Positions 51,535 to 61,167 of a stretch of DNA of 64,000 nucleotides are shown here, piece by piece (positions within the stretch are counted from its first letter, which is position 1; every line of letters starts with the position of its first letter). Below the pieces are notes generated by a model. It saw nothing but the letters and a program-made list of their open reading frames with translations, was not told where the DNA came from and did no database searches. Where the stretch lies: positions 576,001 to 640,000 of the forward strand of contig CAVXLD010000007.1 in NCBI GenBank assembly GCA_963762565.1. The letters are read 5' to 3'. Origin of the DNA: an uncultured Verrucomicrobiae bacterium (GTDB lineage: Bacteria; Verrucomicrobiota; Verrucomicrobiia; Chthoniobacterales; JAFAMB01). The position numbers were made by a program, and so were the translations under genes.

Positions 51535-52941
51535 ATGCCTGTTGCGGATCCGGAAACGACCTCACCCCCTGCTTCCTGGTGGCAAGTGATTATCTCTTCG
51601 TTCAAAGGCGAGACTCGTGATTACACGACAGAGACATTGCAGCGATCGATTCTTTTCCTGGCGGTTCCCATGGTTCTTGAGATGGCCATGGAATCTATTT
51701 TTGCGTTGGCTGATGTTTTCTGGGTTTCGCGGCTTGGCAGCGACGCTGTTGCGGTCGTGGGTCTTACAGAATCGATCATGACGATCATTTACGCGGTCGC
51801 GATCGGTTTGGCCATGGCTGGTGCGGCGATCGTTGCTCGACGAGTCGGTGAACGAGATGATGAAGAGGCGGCTCGCGGCAGCGTTCAAGTGATTTTATTA
51901 GGATTTGCTGTAGCGCTCGGCCTTGGGGTGGTCGGGATCTGCTTCGGACCTTCTTTGTTGCGAGCAATGGGCGCGAGCGACAGGGTCCTAGAGTTGGGAT
52001 CGAATTTCAGCCGCATCATGATCGGCGGGAACGTGACCGTGACGATGATTTTCCTGATCAATGCAATCTTTCGAGGTGCGGGGGATGCAGTTGTCGCGAT
52101 GCGTACCCTGATTTTTGCGAACACGCTTAACATCGTCCTCGGGGCGTTGCTGATTTTTGGGTTCGGCTTTGGAGTGACGGGAGCTGCGATGGCGACAAAC
52201 ATCGGCCGAGGATGCGGTGTCCTTTATCAGTTGTATCATCTTGCCGTTCGGCCAGGGCGCATTCGGATAGCTCGCCGTCATTTTGTCTTCGAACCGGATG
52301 TGGTCTGGTCGATTCTGAGGGTTGGATCTGTTGGCATTTTTCAGAATGTGATCGGTATGACGAGCTGGATCGGCCTTGTTCGTATCCTCTCCCAGTTTGG
52401 GAGCTCAGCGCTGGCCGGGTACACGATTGCGATTCGACTCGTGATTTTTGCGCTCCTTCCGGCGTGGGGCCTTTCGAATGCGGGTGCGACATTGGTAGGG
52501 CAAAATCTCGGAGCGAAACGCCCTGATCGCGCCGAATCCGCGGTCTGGATGGCGGTACGCTACAATGTTATTTTTCTCGGAATCATTGGGCTCCTTTTCA
52601 TCGTTCTGAGTGCTCCCATCACCTGGCTGTTTACGCAGGATTTGGAAGCGCATCGTTGTGCCACCCAAGCTTTGTGGGTGATTGCTCTCGGATTTCCGTT
52701 TTATGCGGCAGGCATGTGCATGACCTCTGCGTTTAACGGCGCCGGCGATACTTGGACACCAACCCGTCTGAATCTGGCTTGTTTCTGGCTGTTCGAAATT
52801 CCATTTGCATGGTGGCTGGCCGATAAACTCTCCCAGGGGCCGTCCGGTGTTTTCATCGCGATCACCTGCGCATTCTCTCTTCTTGCGATTGGGGGGCTAA
52901 TCCTCTTTCGTCGCGGCGCTTGGAAAGCCGTCCTCGTTTGA
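51535..52941 (+). CDS. MATE family efflux transporter
   Basis: LAVPMVLEM, FRGAGDA, GVTGAAMAT, TLVGQNLGA, FNGAGDT. Confidence 0.94.
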   Translation: MPVADPETTSPPASWWQVIISSFKGETRDYTTETLQRSILFLAVPMVLEMAMESIFALADVFWVSRLGSDAVAVVGLTESIMTIIYAVAIGLAMAGAAIVARRVGERDDEEAARGSVQVILLGFAVALGLGVVGICFGPSLLRAMGASDRVLELGSNFSRIMIGGNVTVTMIFLINAIFRGAGDAVVAMRTLIFANTLNIVLGALLIFGFGFGVTGAAMATNIGRGCGVLYQLYHLAVRPGRIRIARRHFVFEPDVVWSILRVGSVGIFQNVIGMTSWIGLVRILSQFGSSALAGYTIAIRLVIFALLPAWGLSNAGATLVGQNLGAKRPDRAESAVWMAVRYNVIFLGIIGLLFIVLSAPITWLFTQDLEAHRCATQALWVIALGFPFYAAGMCMTSAFNGAGDTWTPTRLNLACFWLFEIPFAWWLADKLSQGPSGVFIAITCAFSLLAIGGLILFRRGAWKAVLV

Positions 52942-53427
52942 TGAAGCAGACCGGAAAAGGAAGGAACTGACCGACGTGATGTCCATGCTCTGCAACTGGG
53001 GAAAAGCGCACATCTCCATTGATGTCCGGATGGAGCCACTACGAAGGGCTGCCACGGCTCTCTGATTTCACTGGAAGATCACGAAGGACACAAAGACGGA
53101 AGGATAGGAGAATTTCTTACCGAAGCCTTCGACGACTCGACTGAGCTCGCCGAATGTCGTGAGCTCAAGCGAACGGTAACGAAGCAAACGAAGGTTTTGC
53201 CGGGGTGCAAACTTCATGCGTGAACGGGGTTCGCTGAGGACCCACACTCGAAGACAAAATTGCACAGCAAAGGCCGCAAAGGCCACGGAGGTCCGAAACC
53301 GAAAATCCCTCACTCTGGGGCGCCTCGGGGCCGCGTCTATACAAAATCGTCAACACAAAGAGAAAAGATCTGGCGCCGTCTTTGTGTCCTTTGTGATCTT
53401 CTGTTAAAGTTTTTGAACGAGGACGGT

Positions 53428-53802
53428 ATGTACCTAACGGAATTTGATCGGTCGCAACGGCTAATGAAAATTACCGTGGCCGGTGACACGATAGCTGAGG
53501 AGGTCAGGTCCGCCCTGGAGAACCTGCGCACACTCCTGATCGATGTTCAACCTGGGTTCAGGGTGCTTGCCGATCTGAGTGGGCTCGTCTCCATGCCGAC
53601 TAGCGTAGCGCCGCATATCGGCGAAGTCATGGATTTGTGCGCGGAAAAAGGGGTCGCCTTGGTGGTTAGATTGCTTCCCCCAGACCCCAGCAAAGACATC
53701 GGCTTAGCGATCATGAGCCAGTTCCATTACCCGCCTCATGTTTCGATCGTAACCTGCGCGACGATGGAAGAGGCGATGCAGCTGTTACATGAAAGGAACT
53801 AA
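53428..53802 (+). CDS. Hypothetical protein
   Basis: MYLTEFDRSQRLMKITV...VLADLSGL; start ATG 53428 after gaggacgg. Confidence 0.65.
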   Translation: MYLTEFDRSQRLMKITVAGDTIAEEVRSALENLRTLLIDVQPGFRVLADLSGLVSMPTSVAPHIGEVMDLCAEKGVALVVRLLPPDPSKDIGLAIMSQFHYPPHVSIVTCATMEEAMQLLHERN

Positions 53803-53866
53803 ACGAGATCGCGCTAGACTGATTCGCGAGGGGATGCTGGTGAAAACCGGTCAGGGCTTTAGCCCA

Positions 53867-54112
53867 CTACGACAGGACTTCGACCGCAATTCCAATTTGT
53901 TTAGCTACCGCTTTGAGCCTCGGCATTTTCCCCGATGTGAGGATCTTCGCCCAGGCCTTGTGCAGGGGATGCTGATAGTCCAAAAATAATATCCCGTTTG
54001 CGAGATGCGATCCTGCGCAATTCTCGACGGCTTTAGCCAGCAGTGGTTCTCGCTCCGTCCATAACCGGTCGATCAACCTCTTTTTTTCTTCATCTGCCTT
54101 CGTCGGAATCAC
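53867..54112 (-). CDS. Hypothetical protein
   Basis: 81-aa ORF; no family recognised. Confidence 0.4.
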   Translation of the reverse strand: MIPTKADEEKKRLIDRLWTEREPLLAKAVENCAGSHLANGILFLDYQHPLHKAWAKILTSGKMPRLKAVAKQIGIAVEVLS

Positions 54113-54313
54113 CTAGAATGGTAACCCCGCAAGGCTTTCAAAATGATGTCTACAACATTACCGGACGGTAAGAGTTCCGATTGAGACGGCGCTGACCGGC
54201 TTAGGAGACATAGGAGACAAAAGGGGTCAGTCAACTTGACTGACCCATTGACTGACCCCTTTTTTCTCTTTTCTAACAGAAATAATGGCGAGAGGCAAAG
54301 TTCATCCGTCCGC

Positions 54314-55332
54314 TCATGGTGATGCGAGCGGCGTTAATAACAATGCATGTTCAGGGCCAGTCGGGAGCCCAGTCGTGCTTTGATAACCCCAAGCACTGAT
54401 TTGGCCGTGGTCATTGATTCCAGTAGCAGCGAATATTAACCAACCCGAGTTGGGAGCTATGAGGTTATTCAAGTCCCGCATTTTGCCGTGGTTGTAGAGA
54501 AAACCGTGGCTGATGTTGTCAGTGGCCTGTATATCACCTACAATTTGACCCTGATTGTTAATAGCTGTAGCCCCTGAGGAGGGGATAGCACCCAGCGTAC
54601 CAAGATCTACCATTTGACCCCCGCTGTAGAGGAAAGCGTGGTAATAGGGAAAACCGGTGTTGGGGTCAATCGCCGTCACGGCTGCGCCACCTACAATTTC
54701 ACCGCGAGCGTTAATAGCTTCAGCCACTGAGCTGGGACCGCCCGTGTGCCAAGGTCTAGCATTTGGCCCCCGCTGTAAAGAAAAGCGCGGTAATCGGTGT
54801 TTCCAGTGTTCAGCGCATAACCGACAATGTGACCGGAATCGTTGATGCCCCGAGCCTCTCCGTAGGTACCGCCCAACGTACCAAGATCTCGCATTTGGCC
54901 ACGGCTGTAGAGAAAAGCGTGGACAGCGGTGTCGCCACTGATTTGCGCCCAGCCTACAATTTGGCCGCGAGCGTTGATGCCATTAGCCCCTGAGGAGGAA
55001 CCGCCCAGTGTGCCAAGGTCTTGCATTTCGCCGCCGCTGTAAAGAAAAGCGTCGTAGTCCGCGGAGCCTACGATCTGACCGCGATTGTTTATCCCGGTAG
55101 GACTCAGAGTGCCAAGGTCTAGTACTCGACCATCGCTGTAGAAATAAGCAAAGCCAACCGCAGCAACGCCGACGACCTCACCGGGATTATTGATGGAAGT
55201 AGCAATCCCGCTACCAATATCCGTAATGGCGTAGCTAGTCTGCCCTTTAGCTGCTGGCAGCAGTAGCAGGCCGAGAAATGTCGCGCTCAAAATACTTCGC
55301 CTGTAGAAGGGGGAACCAATTAGATTTTTCAT
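54314..55332 (-). pseudogene. HAF-repeat extracellular protein, one frameshift near 54745
   Basis: Repeats HAFLYSxGQMxDLGTLGG..AxGINxxGQIVG; signal peptide from ATG 55332. Confidence 0.88.
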
Positions 55333-55666
55333 ATTCTTTCCATACGAAGCTTGCGCCTGCTCCCTTCGGAAAACATCAACGTCGTGTAACAGCAAGCGCT
55401 CGCTGCTATTCGTTATATAGGAAATGCTTTTCAATCACAAGCAACCAAAATCACCTTGGAATTAACATCAACAACCAAGCAAAAAAGGAATCCCGTGTGC
55501 ATCAACAACGCCAAGATGTAAACTAAAGCCGAGACAACAACTAAGATAGTGGATAGAGAAAGGGGTCAGTCAATTTGACTGACCCCTTTCAGGCTCAAAG
55601 TGGCCCCCAGTTATCAAGGCTGGCACAGGGCTCCATCGCCGCCACCCGTGCCATTTTCGTTGAAGA

Positions 55667-56659
55667 CTAATTGCCTAGTGCGGTAGCCGGCTCAACAGTG
55701 ATATTAGTCGGGGCACCACCCAGCTTAATCGAATCACGAAGCTGAGCTCCCGTGGTGGCGTCAAACTCGTAAATCGCAGAATCCTGAAAGCTCGCGACAT
55801 AGAGCGTGTTACCCTTAATCGCGATCCCCCAGGGCTCGTTCACTGGAAAAAATGGGGCCCCTTTGATGGGCAGCCCCGTGGAAGCGTCGTAGATGTAAAC
55901 TCCAGGAGCGCTACCGCTGTAGACCGACACGTACAAAGCTGAATTAACGCCGAAGATGTTATACTTTAGGGCTAGTCCATAGAGTCCGCCCGTTTGTATC
56001 TCAATGAAGTAGGGAACGAGTAACGCCCCGTTGCTCGCAGTGTACGTGGAGATATAGAAGTTGCCGTTCGAGTTCTGAGCGTTGTTGGTCACATAGAGCA
56101 CGTTTCCTTTCACCGCGATCGCATAGGGGGCGTTACTCACAGCGGACTTAATAAACAGGGAGTAACTTTCTCCTTGGGCAATGCCGCCCCCTAGGGCCAC
56201 GTAGATAGGGCCGGACTGCGACATTCCCGCCGGAACGACTTGGGGGGCCCTACCGTCGCCCTCCATTAGCGAACTAATCACACTCCCTGTGGCGGCATTG
56301 TAGGTGGTAAAAACATAGTAGGCCTCATCATGGAGCAAAGCGTAGACGTACGCCTTGTTGGGGCAGCAAGCCCACCAGTCGCCAGGAACGTACAGATAAT
56401 GGCCCGAGACGCGTATTCCACCTGGGCCAGGCCAGCTTTGCACGGCGATCAAGTTGAAGCCGGGGAGTGCGGTTCCGTTGGCATAGTATGCGGCGATACT
56501 GTCTCCCGCGGTTACTACCCAGACGATGTCTCCGGCCGCTTGAATATTTGTGGGTACGACACAAAACGCGGCAGCGCCGAAAAGGAAGCTACAGAGGACA
56601 TGCCGCAGCGGCGGCATCGCTTGTAATAATGCCTTGTTTGTTTTGGTTCTGCGTTTCAT
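55667..56659 (-). CDS. Secreted beta-propeller-like hypothetical protein
   Basis: Signal peptide; PYAIAVKGNVLYV and PWGIAIKGNTLYV repeats; start ATG 56659 likely. Confidence 0.7.
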   Translation of the reverse strand: MKRRTKTNKALLQAMPPLRHVLCSFLFGAAAFCVVPTNIQAAGDIVWVVTAGDSIAAYYANGTALPGFNLIAVQSWPGPGGIRVSGHYLYVPGDWWACCPNKAYVYALLHDEAYYVFTTYNAATGSVISSLMEGDGRAPQVVPAGMSQSGPIYVALGGGIAQGESYSLFIKSAVSNAPYAIAVKGNVLYVTNNAQNSNGNFYISTYTASNGALLVPYFIEIQTGGLYGLALKYNIFGVNSALYVSVYSGSAPGVYIYDASTGLPIKGAPFFPVNEPWGIAIKGNTLYVASFQDSAIYEFDATTGAQLRDSIKLGGAPTNITVEPATALGN

Positions 56660-57038
56660 GAACTTCTCCAGTGGTGTACCCCGCTCAGTCGGGTTCAAAC
56701 CCGAAACGGGAGAAGTCATTTCAGCGGATATCCTACGCCCAACCCTGCGCCGGAATGCCTGGCCGATTCGGGTGGGCCGCAGTTTTTGCGGGCGAACAAG
56801 AGTAAGCCACACATGCTGAGATATTTCCATACGCATTTTTACGTATATCCCGTGGGACGTCAGCGCCGTCAGACATTGCGGCTTGGGCACGCAATCAGTT
56901 TGGATCGATCTTCCAAAACCGACTGGAATGCGGGCAGCCGCCGAACGAAGGGCATAGGGTCACGTCTTAATAAACAATAAACGTAACGGAGCTTCGAAAG
57001 CAGGTTAAATTTGTTTGCTGATCAAATTCTAAGCGGGT

Positions 57039-57245
57039 TCAAACCTTCGTTCTCATTCCGCACGCCCGGAGCAAACACCACCCACGTAACGCTTCATAGA
57101 ACGTAAATAGTGCAGATGCGAACAGGAGCAGACTTAAGCGGCGCGATAAACGAATAGAAATAAGGGCCGCAGCCCAGAGAATGAAGGCTATGAGCGCTCG
57201 AACCACGCGCCCTTCGATCTGTAAATTAGGAGCAAGAAACCTCAT
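57039..57245 (-). CDS. Small membrane protein, DUF2892/YgaP-like
   Basis: N-terminal NL..GRVVR, two TM segments, GWCLLRACGMRT end. Confidence 0.7.
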   Translation of the reverse strand: MRFLAPNLQIEGRVVRALIAFILWAAALISIRLSRRLSLLLFASALFTFYEALRGWCLLRACGMRTKV

Positions 57246-57502
57246 GTCTTAAGGAGGCAGGTCGAGAGGGTCACATTTAAAGAGCGTGTTGGAAGAGCGT
57301 GTTGCCCAATTCCATTCGCACAATACGGAAAGATCACAAAGGACACAAAGACAGAAGACGAGGCAATTCAATAAGCTGAGGAAATGACCCGCGGCGACGC
57401 CCTGGTTCGGCTGTCATGAAATGCGGTCCTCTAAACCTCGCCACACTTGTTACTCTCACTTCGACAACGCTGGCGCTAGTCTCAGAACGACACGAATAAA
57501 CT

Positions 57503-57922
57503 ATGAGCACTACAACTCCTTTCACCGGTGGATGCGCATGTGGCGCGATTCGTTTTCAATCCGTTGCCACGCCGATTGCGATGCTTCACTGTCACTGTCG
57601 CGATTGCCAGCGAGCCGCTGGGGGCCCGTTTTCGTCTTTCGTCATCGTACCTGCGAAAGCTTTCGAGCTCTTGCAGGGCTCGCCCCGCTTTCATGCGTCG
57701 CCTAGCGAACAGGGCGGAATGACCCGCCGAGGCTTTTGCCCTGATTGCGGCGCACCGGTCATGGTCAAGCCCGATGCCGTTCCCCAATTTGTGGCGATCA
57801 GAACCGCCAGCCTGGATGATCCGAGCTGGTTCAAACCCCAAATGAACGTGTGGACATGTGACGCGCACCCCTGGGACGACATGAATCCAGCGCTGCCGAA
57901 GTTTGAAAAGTATCCTCAATAG
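57503..57922 (+). CDS. GFA family protein
   Basis: GGCACGAIR, CHCRDCQ, RGFCPDCG, SLDDPSWF. Confidence 0.93.
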   Translation: MSTTTPFTGGCACGAIRFQSVATPIAMLHCHCRDCQRAAGGPFSSFVIVPAKAFELLQGSPRFHASPSEQGGMTRRGFCPDCGAPVMVKPDAVPQFVAIRTASLDDPSWFKPQMNVWTCDAHPWDDMNPALPKFEKYPQ

Positions 57923-58165
57923 CGAAGCAGTAGAACGTCCGGAAGGGCGCGAATCTCAAGGGTCACTTCTTAAAAAAACGTGGCCCTAATTCTGTCCTCT
58001 CTTAAAACCTCAAATCACAATACGGAAAGATCACAAGGGCCACAAAGACGGAGGTTATTTTACAGAAGGTATAACCGTTAACAAAATCGATTTCATAGCG
58101 GAAAGCCAATGTACCTCGCAAGTTGTGCGCAGAGGCGGTCTGGATAGCCCAACGATTCGCGGGCA

Positions 58166-58408
58166 CTACGCTTGCCGCTTAAGGAAATCCTGAATCTTGG
58201 CGACGGTTTCTTTGCGGCCCAGTGTTCTTCCAGTCATCCAATTGCGGAGCGCAGTGGGTGTGGTTTGCAGTTCTCTTGCCAAGTCAATCCTACTCATTCC
58301 TATCCGAATCCGTAGCACTTCAACCTTCTGCATCAGCGTCGCGAATTTCCTCCGCTCTTCATCCCTGCGACCTGGTCTCCGCCAAAAATACGAGTGCCCC
58401 TGAGCCAT
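58166..58408 (-). CDS. XRE-family helix-turn-helix protein
   Basis: GMSRIDLARELQTTPTALRNWMTGR. Confidence 0.78.
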   Translation of the reverse strand: MAQGHSYFWRRPGRRDEERRKFATLMQKVEVLRIRIGMSRIDLARELQTTPTALRNWMTGRTLGRKETVAKIQDFLKRQA

Positions 58409-58419
58409 TGGTTGACGAA

Positions 58420-58566
58420 AATCAAGAAATGACCGGCGGATAGGTTCCTGCTCACCTTATCCGCCGGTCTCTTTTTGGGTGGACAGGGCTTCTGCCAGAC
58501 CTATGGCTCCGTTCATTAGAGCCTGCAATTACACCTCAGCACTAACGGACTAGTGCTTTGAGGCTA
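58420..58566. repeat. Duplicated about 145-bp hairpin-containing unit, copy 1 (copy 2 at 59083-59220)
   Basis: aatcaagaaatgaccggcggatagg..cttatccgccggtc..tatggctccgttcattaga..agcactaacggactagtgctttgaggcta. Confidence 0.88.
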
Positions 58567-58577
58567 CCCTCCACTGC

Positions 58578-59018
58578 TCAACTGGACGGTTCCGTTTCGC
58601 TCTCAGAGTCTGGATCTGGTTGGGCTCTGTGTTCCGGCAAGATGTGAAGCTCCTGCAACTGATTCAGGCGATCTCGCAATTGCGTATCGCTAAGACCCAG
58701 ACTTCCTCGCCCGCGGCCCAGGTGATGCATTGCTTGAAGACCGTCTCGCGATAGCTCATGTTTGCCGGCTAGTTTTTCGAGTTCTGCAAATTCACTTTCC
58801 ATGCGACCGATTTTGGACCGGCACTGTACGACAAGGTCTACCAGCGCACGGACCAGAAAATCACTCTCGGCCCGGAACCGCTTCCTTTCACCCTCGTATG
58901 GTATCCGCTGATCGCCGAAGATCTCGAGGACCTGCCGGATCTCTTGCAGCACCTGCCAAGCAAGGCGACGGCTTTGCTCGCTGGTTCGCAGGCGTTCGTA
59001 GATGTCCACAGTGTTCAC
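58578..59018 (-). CDS. Hypothetical helical protein (gene X)
   Basis: 146-aa ORF, ggggagag RBS; degenerate paralog at 59846-60185. Confidence 0.65.
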   Translation of the reverse strand: MNTVDIYERLRTSEQSRRLAWQVLQEIRQVLEIFGDQRIPYEGERKRFRAESDFLVRALVDLVVQCRSKIGRMESEFAELEKLAGKHELSRDGLQAMHHLGRGRGSLGLSDTQLRDRLNQLQELHILPEHRAQPDPDSESETEPSS

Positions 59019-59494
59019 TGGAACATGTCTCTCCCCCGGTCAATGATCGGCTCTTACAACCAATATTCGCCTCGGCGAAAGCAATCAAGAAATGACCGGC
59101 GGATAGGCTTGGCGCTTATCCGCCGGTCGTCCACTCTGGCTAACTCGGTTGCATTTATGGCTCCGTTCATTAGAACCTGCAATTGCACTTGAGCACTAAC
59201 GGACTAGTGCTTTGAGGCTATGGCCGCTGAACGGCATCGCGGGTACTCTCGAAAGGACACAAGTGAGCATTCGCAGGCTGGTAATGACGCAGGTACTCGA
59301 AGTGAATGATGACGAGATGACAATTCAGATCAGCATCTTGCGTTCTGAAGATGCGATCATTTCCCGGGAAGTAAGACCACAACCTTGCTCACCGGGGAAT
59401 CCTGGGAAGCTGAAAGCCGCAAGGTTCACGAACTGCTTTGCCAGCGTGTGGTAGAGGCGACTAGGTGCGAATAAGGCAAAGAGAGGTGGACGCT

Positions 59495-59821
59495 ATGGGA
59501 AATCCTATAACCTCATCACGCAACTTTACGCGCGAACAGGCAATGGTTTATCGCAGGATAGAGCGCTTTCGGATCGCTCAAGATTTTCATGATCGAGTAG
59601 CTCCTGAGCTTTCAGTTGCGATCTTCCAGCTTAACCAAATTCAAATGGATTTGGAGTCCAGGAGCTTGCCCGAGAGTGCAGAACTTCAAAAAGTCGCCGA
59701 CCGAATTAGCGCAGCGATTCACGAATTTTTGGCTGTGCTTGACCCAGAGAGCGGGGAAGTTCAGCAACCAGCAAACGCGCCCCTAATCCCAGCGGTGCCC
59801 GACCCGGCACTAACGGACTAG
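59495..59821 (+). CDS. Stand-alone HisKA_3-like phosphoacceptor domain protein
   Basis: ERFRIAQDFHDRVAPELS matches the ERxRIAxxxHD H-box; no ATPase domain; gagagg RBS. Confidence 0.65.
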   Translation: MGNPITSSRNFTREQAMVYRRIERFRIAQDFHDRVAPELSVAIFQLNQIQMDLESRSLPESAELQKVADRISAAIHEFLAVLDPESGEVQQPANAPLIPAVPDPALTD

Positions 59822-59845
59822 TGCTTTGTGGCTAGCCTCCACTGC

Positions 59846-60185
59846 TCAACCGGTCGGTTCCGTTTCGCTTTCAGGGTCTGGATCTGATTGGGCTCTGTGT
59901 TTCGGCAGATGTGAAGCTCTTGCAACTGATTCAGGCGATCCCGCAATTGCGTATCGTTAAGGCCAAGGCTTCCTTGCCGGCGGCCTAGATGATGCATTGC
60001 TTGAAGAACGTCTCGCGATAATTCGTGTTCGCCGGCTAATTTATCGAGTTCTGCGAATTCACTTTCCAGGTGGCCGATTTTGGACCGGCAGTGTACAACA
60101 AGGTCCACCAGCGCACGGACCAGAAAATCACCCTCCGCACGGAACCGCTTCCTTTCACCCTCGTATGGTATCCGCTGATCGGCGA
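59846..60185 (-). pseudogene. 5'-truncated, frameshifted copy of gene X
   Basis: Colinear similarity to 58578-58915. Confidence 0.8.
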
Positions 60186-60407
60186 TCTACGTAAAAGTTT
60201 CGGACAGACGGGGTCAGTCAACAAATTCTGACAGTTCGACTTCGTGTTTCGTGCTCAGCGAGCAAGGTCTCCGTCTTGATCCGGTCGAGGTCAGTTCTCA
60301 GCATTCCGCAATCGGCATCGCCGCCTAAAACGCCGGCGTACCCCGATCACGTAATCGGGATCCGAAGGATTCTGTCAGAGTTTGTTGACGGACCCCTTTC
60401 ACGGGAC

Positions 60408-60470
60408 AATGTGGAGTGCGGTGGATGGTGCCCGAAGGGTCGGAAGTCAGAAGATGGGCGGATTGATCCG
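60408..60470 (+). pseudogene. Remnant of putative molybdenum carrier protein
   Basis: GGWCPKGRKSEDGRID motif only. Confidence 0.55.
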
Positions 60471-60902
60471 AAGGCAAAAGTTCAAAGGGTCACGTCTCAA
60501 CTCCCGCTCGCTCTTGATATCGTCCAAGAACAACCTCGTTAGCCTCTTCTTAGACCGTCCCTCGCTGCTTTTTGCCAGCTAACTGCCAGATTGGTTAACA
60601 AAACCCACCCACAAAGATCCACCTAACCTTCGACCTATTGGGCAACAGCCCGTTAAATAAGCAACATTCTCTTGGAGTGCTACCCTGATGCGGCAAGATT
60701 CTAGGTCGCGCAATAATGGTTTCGCGAAAGGTGCTCGTGCCGGTTCCTCTTTCTCTGTGCAGGTGTGACGCACAGAACGCGAAGCGTTGGTTTCCAGGCA
60801 AGGAGTAGCGGGCGTCGCCGGTGCGTTTTCAGCGTTCCGAAACAGCCATTTGCCAATCCGACCCCGACAGCCTAAAGTCGACCCTCAACGAAAACCTCTC
60901 GA

Positions 60903-60975
<73 letters not shown>

Positions 60976-61167
60976 CTTTTACAGAAGGTGAAAGGTGATT
61001 GGTGAAAAGTGAAAGGTGGGGCTTCGCCTTTCCGAGCTCGCCATAACAGACGGATCAGTGCGTCAGGGAGCCTACCAGTCCGGTGCGTAAAGATTTTATC
61101 CGAGGGTAGCTTCTCGTTCGCTCCAGGATTTTCGCCTTTCGTGGTCTGACAAGAAAATGGCATATCT

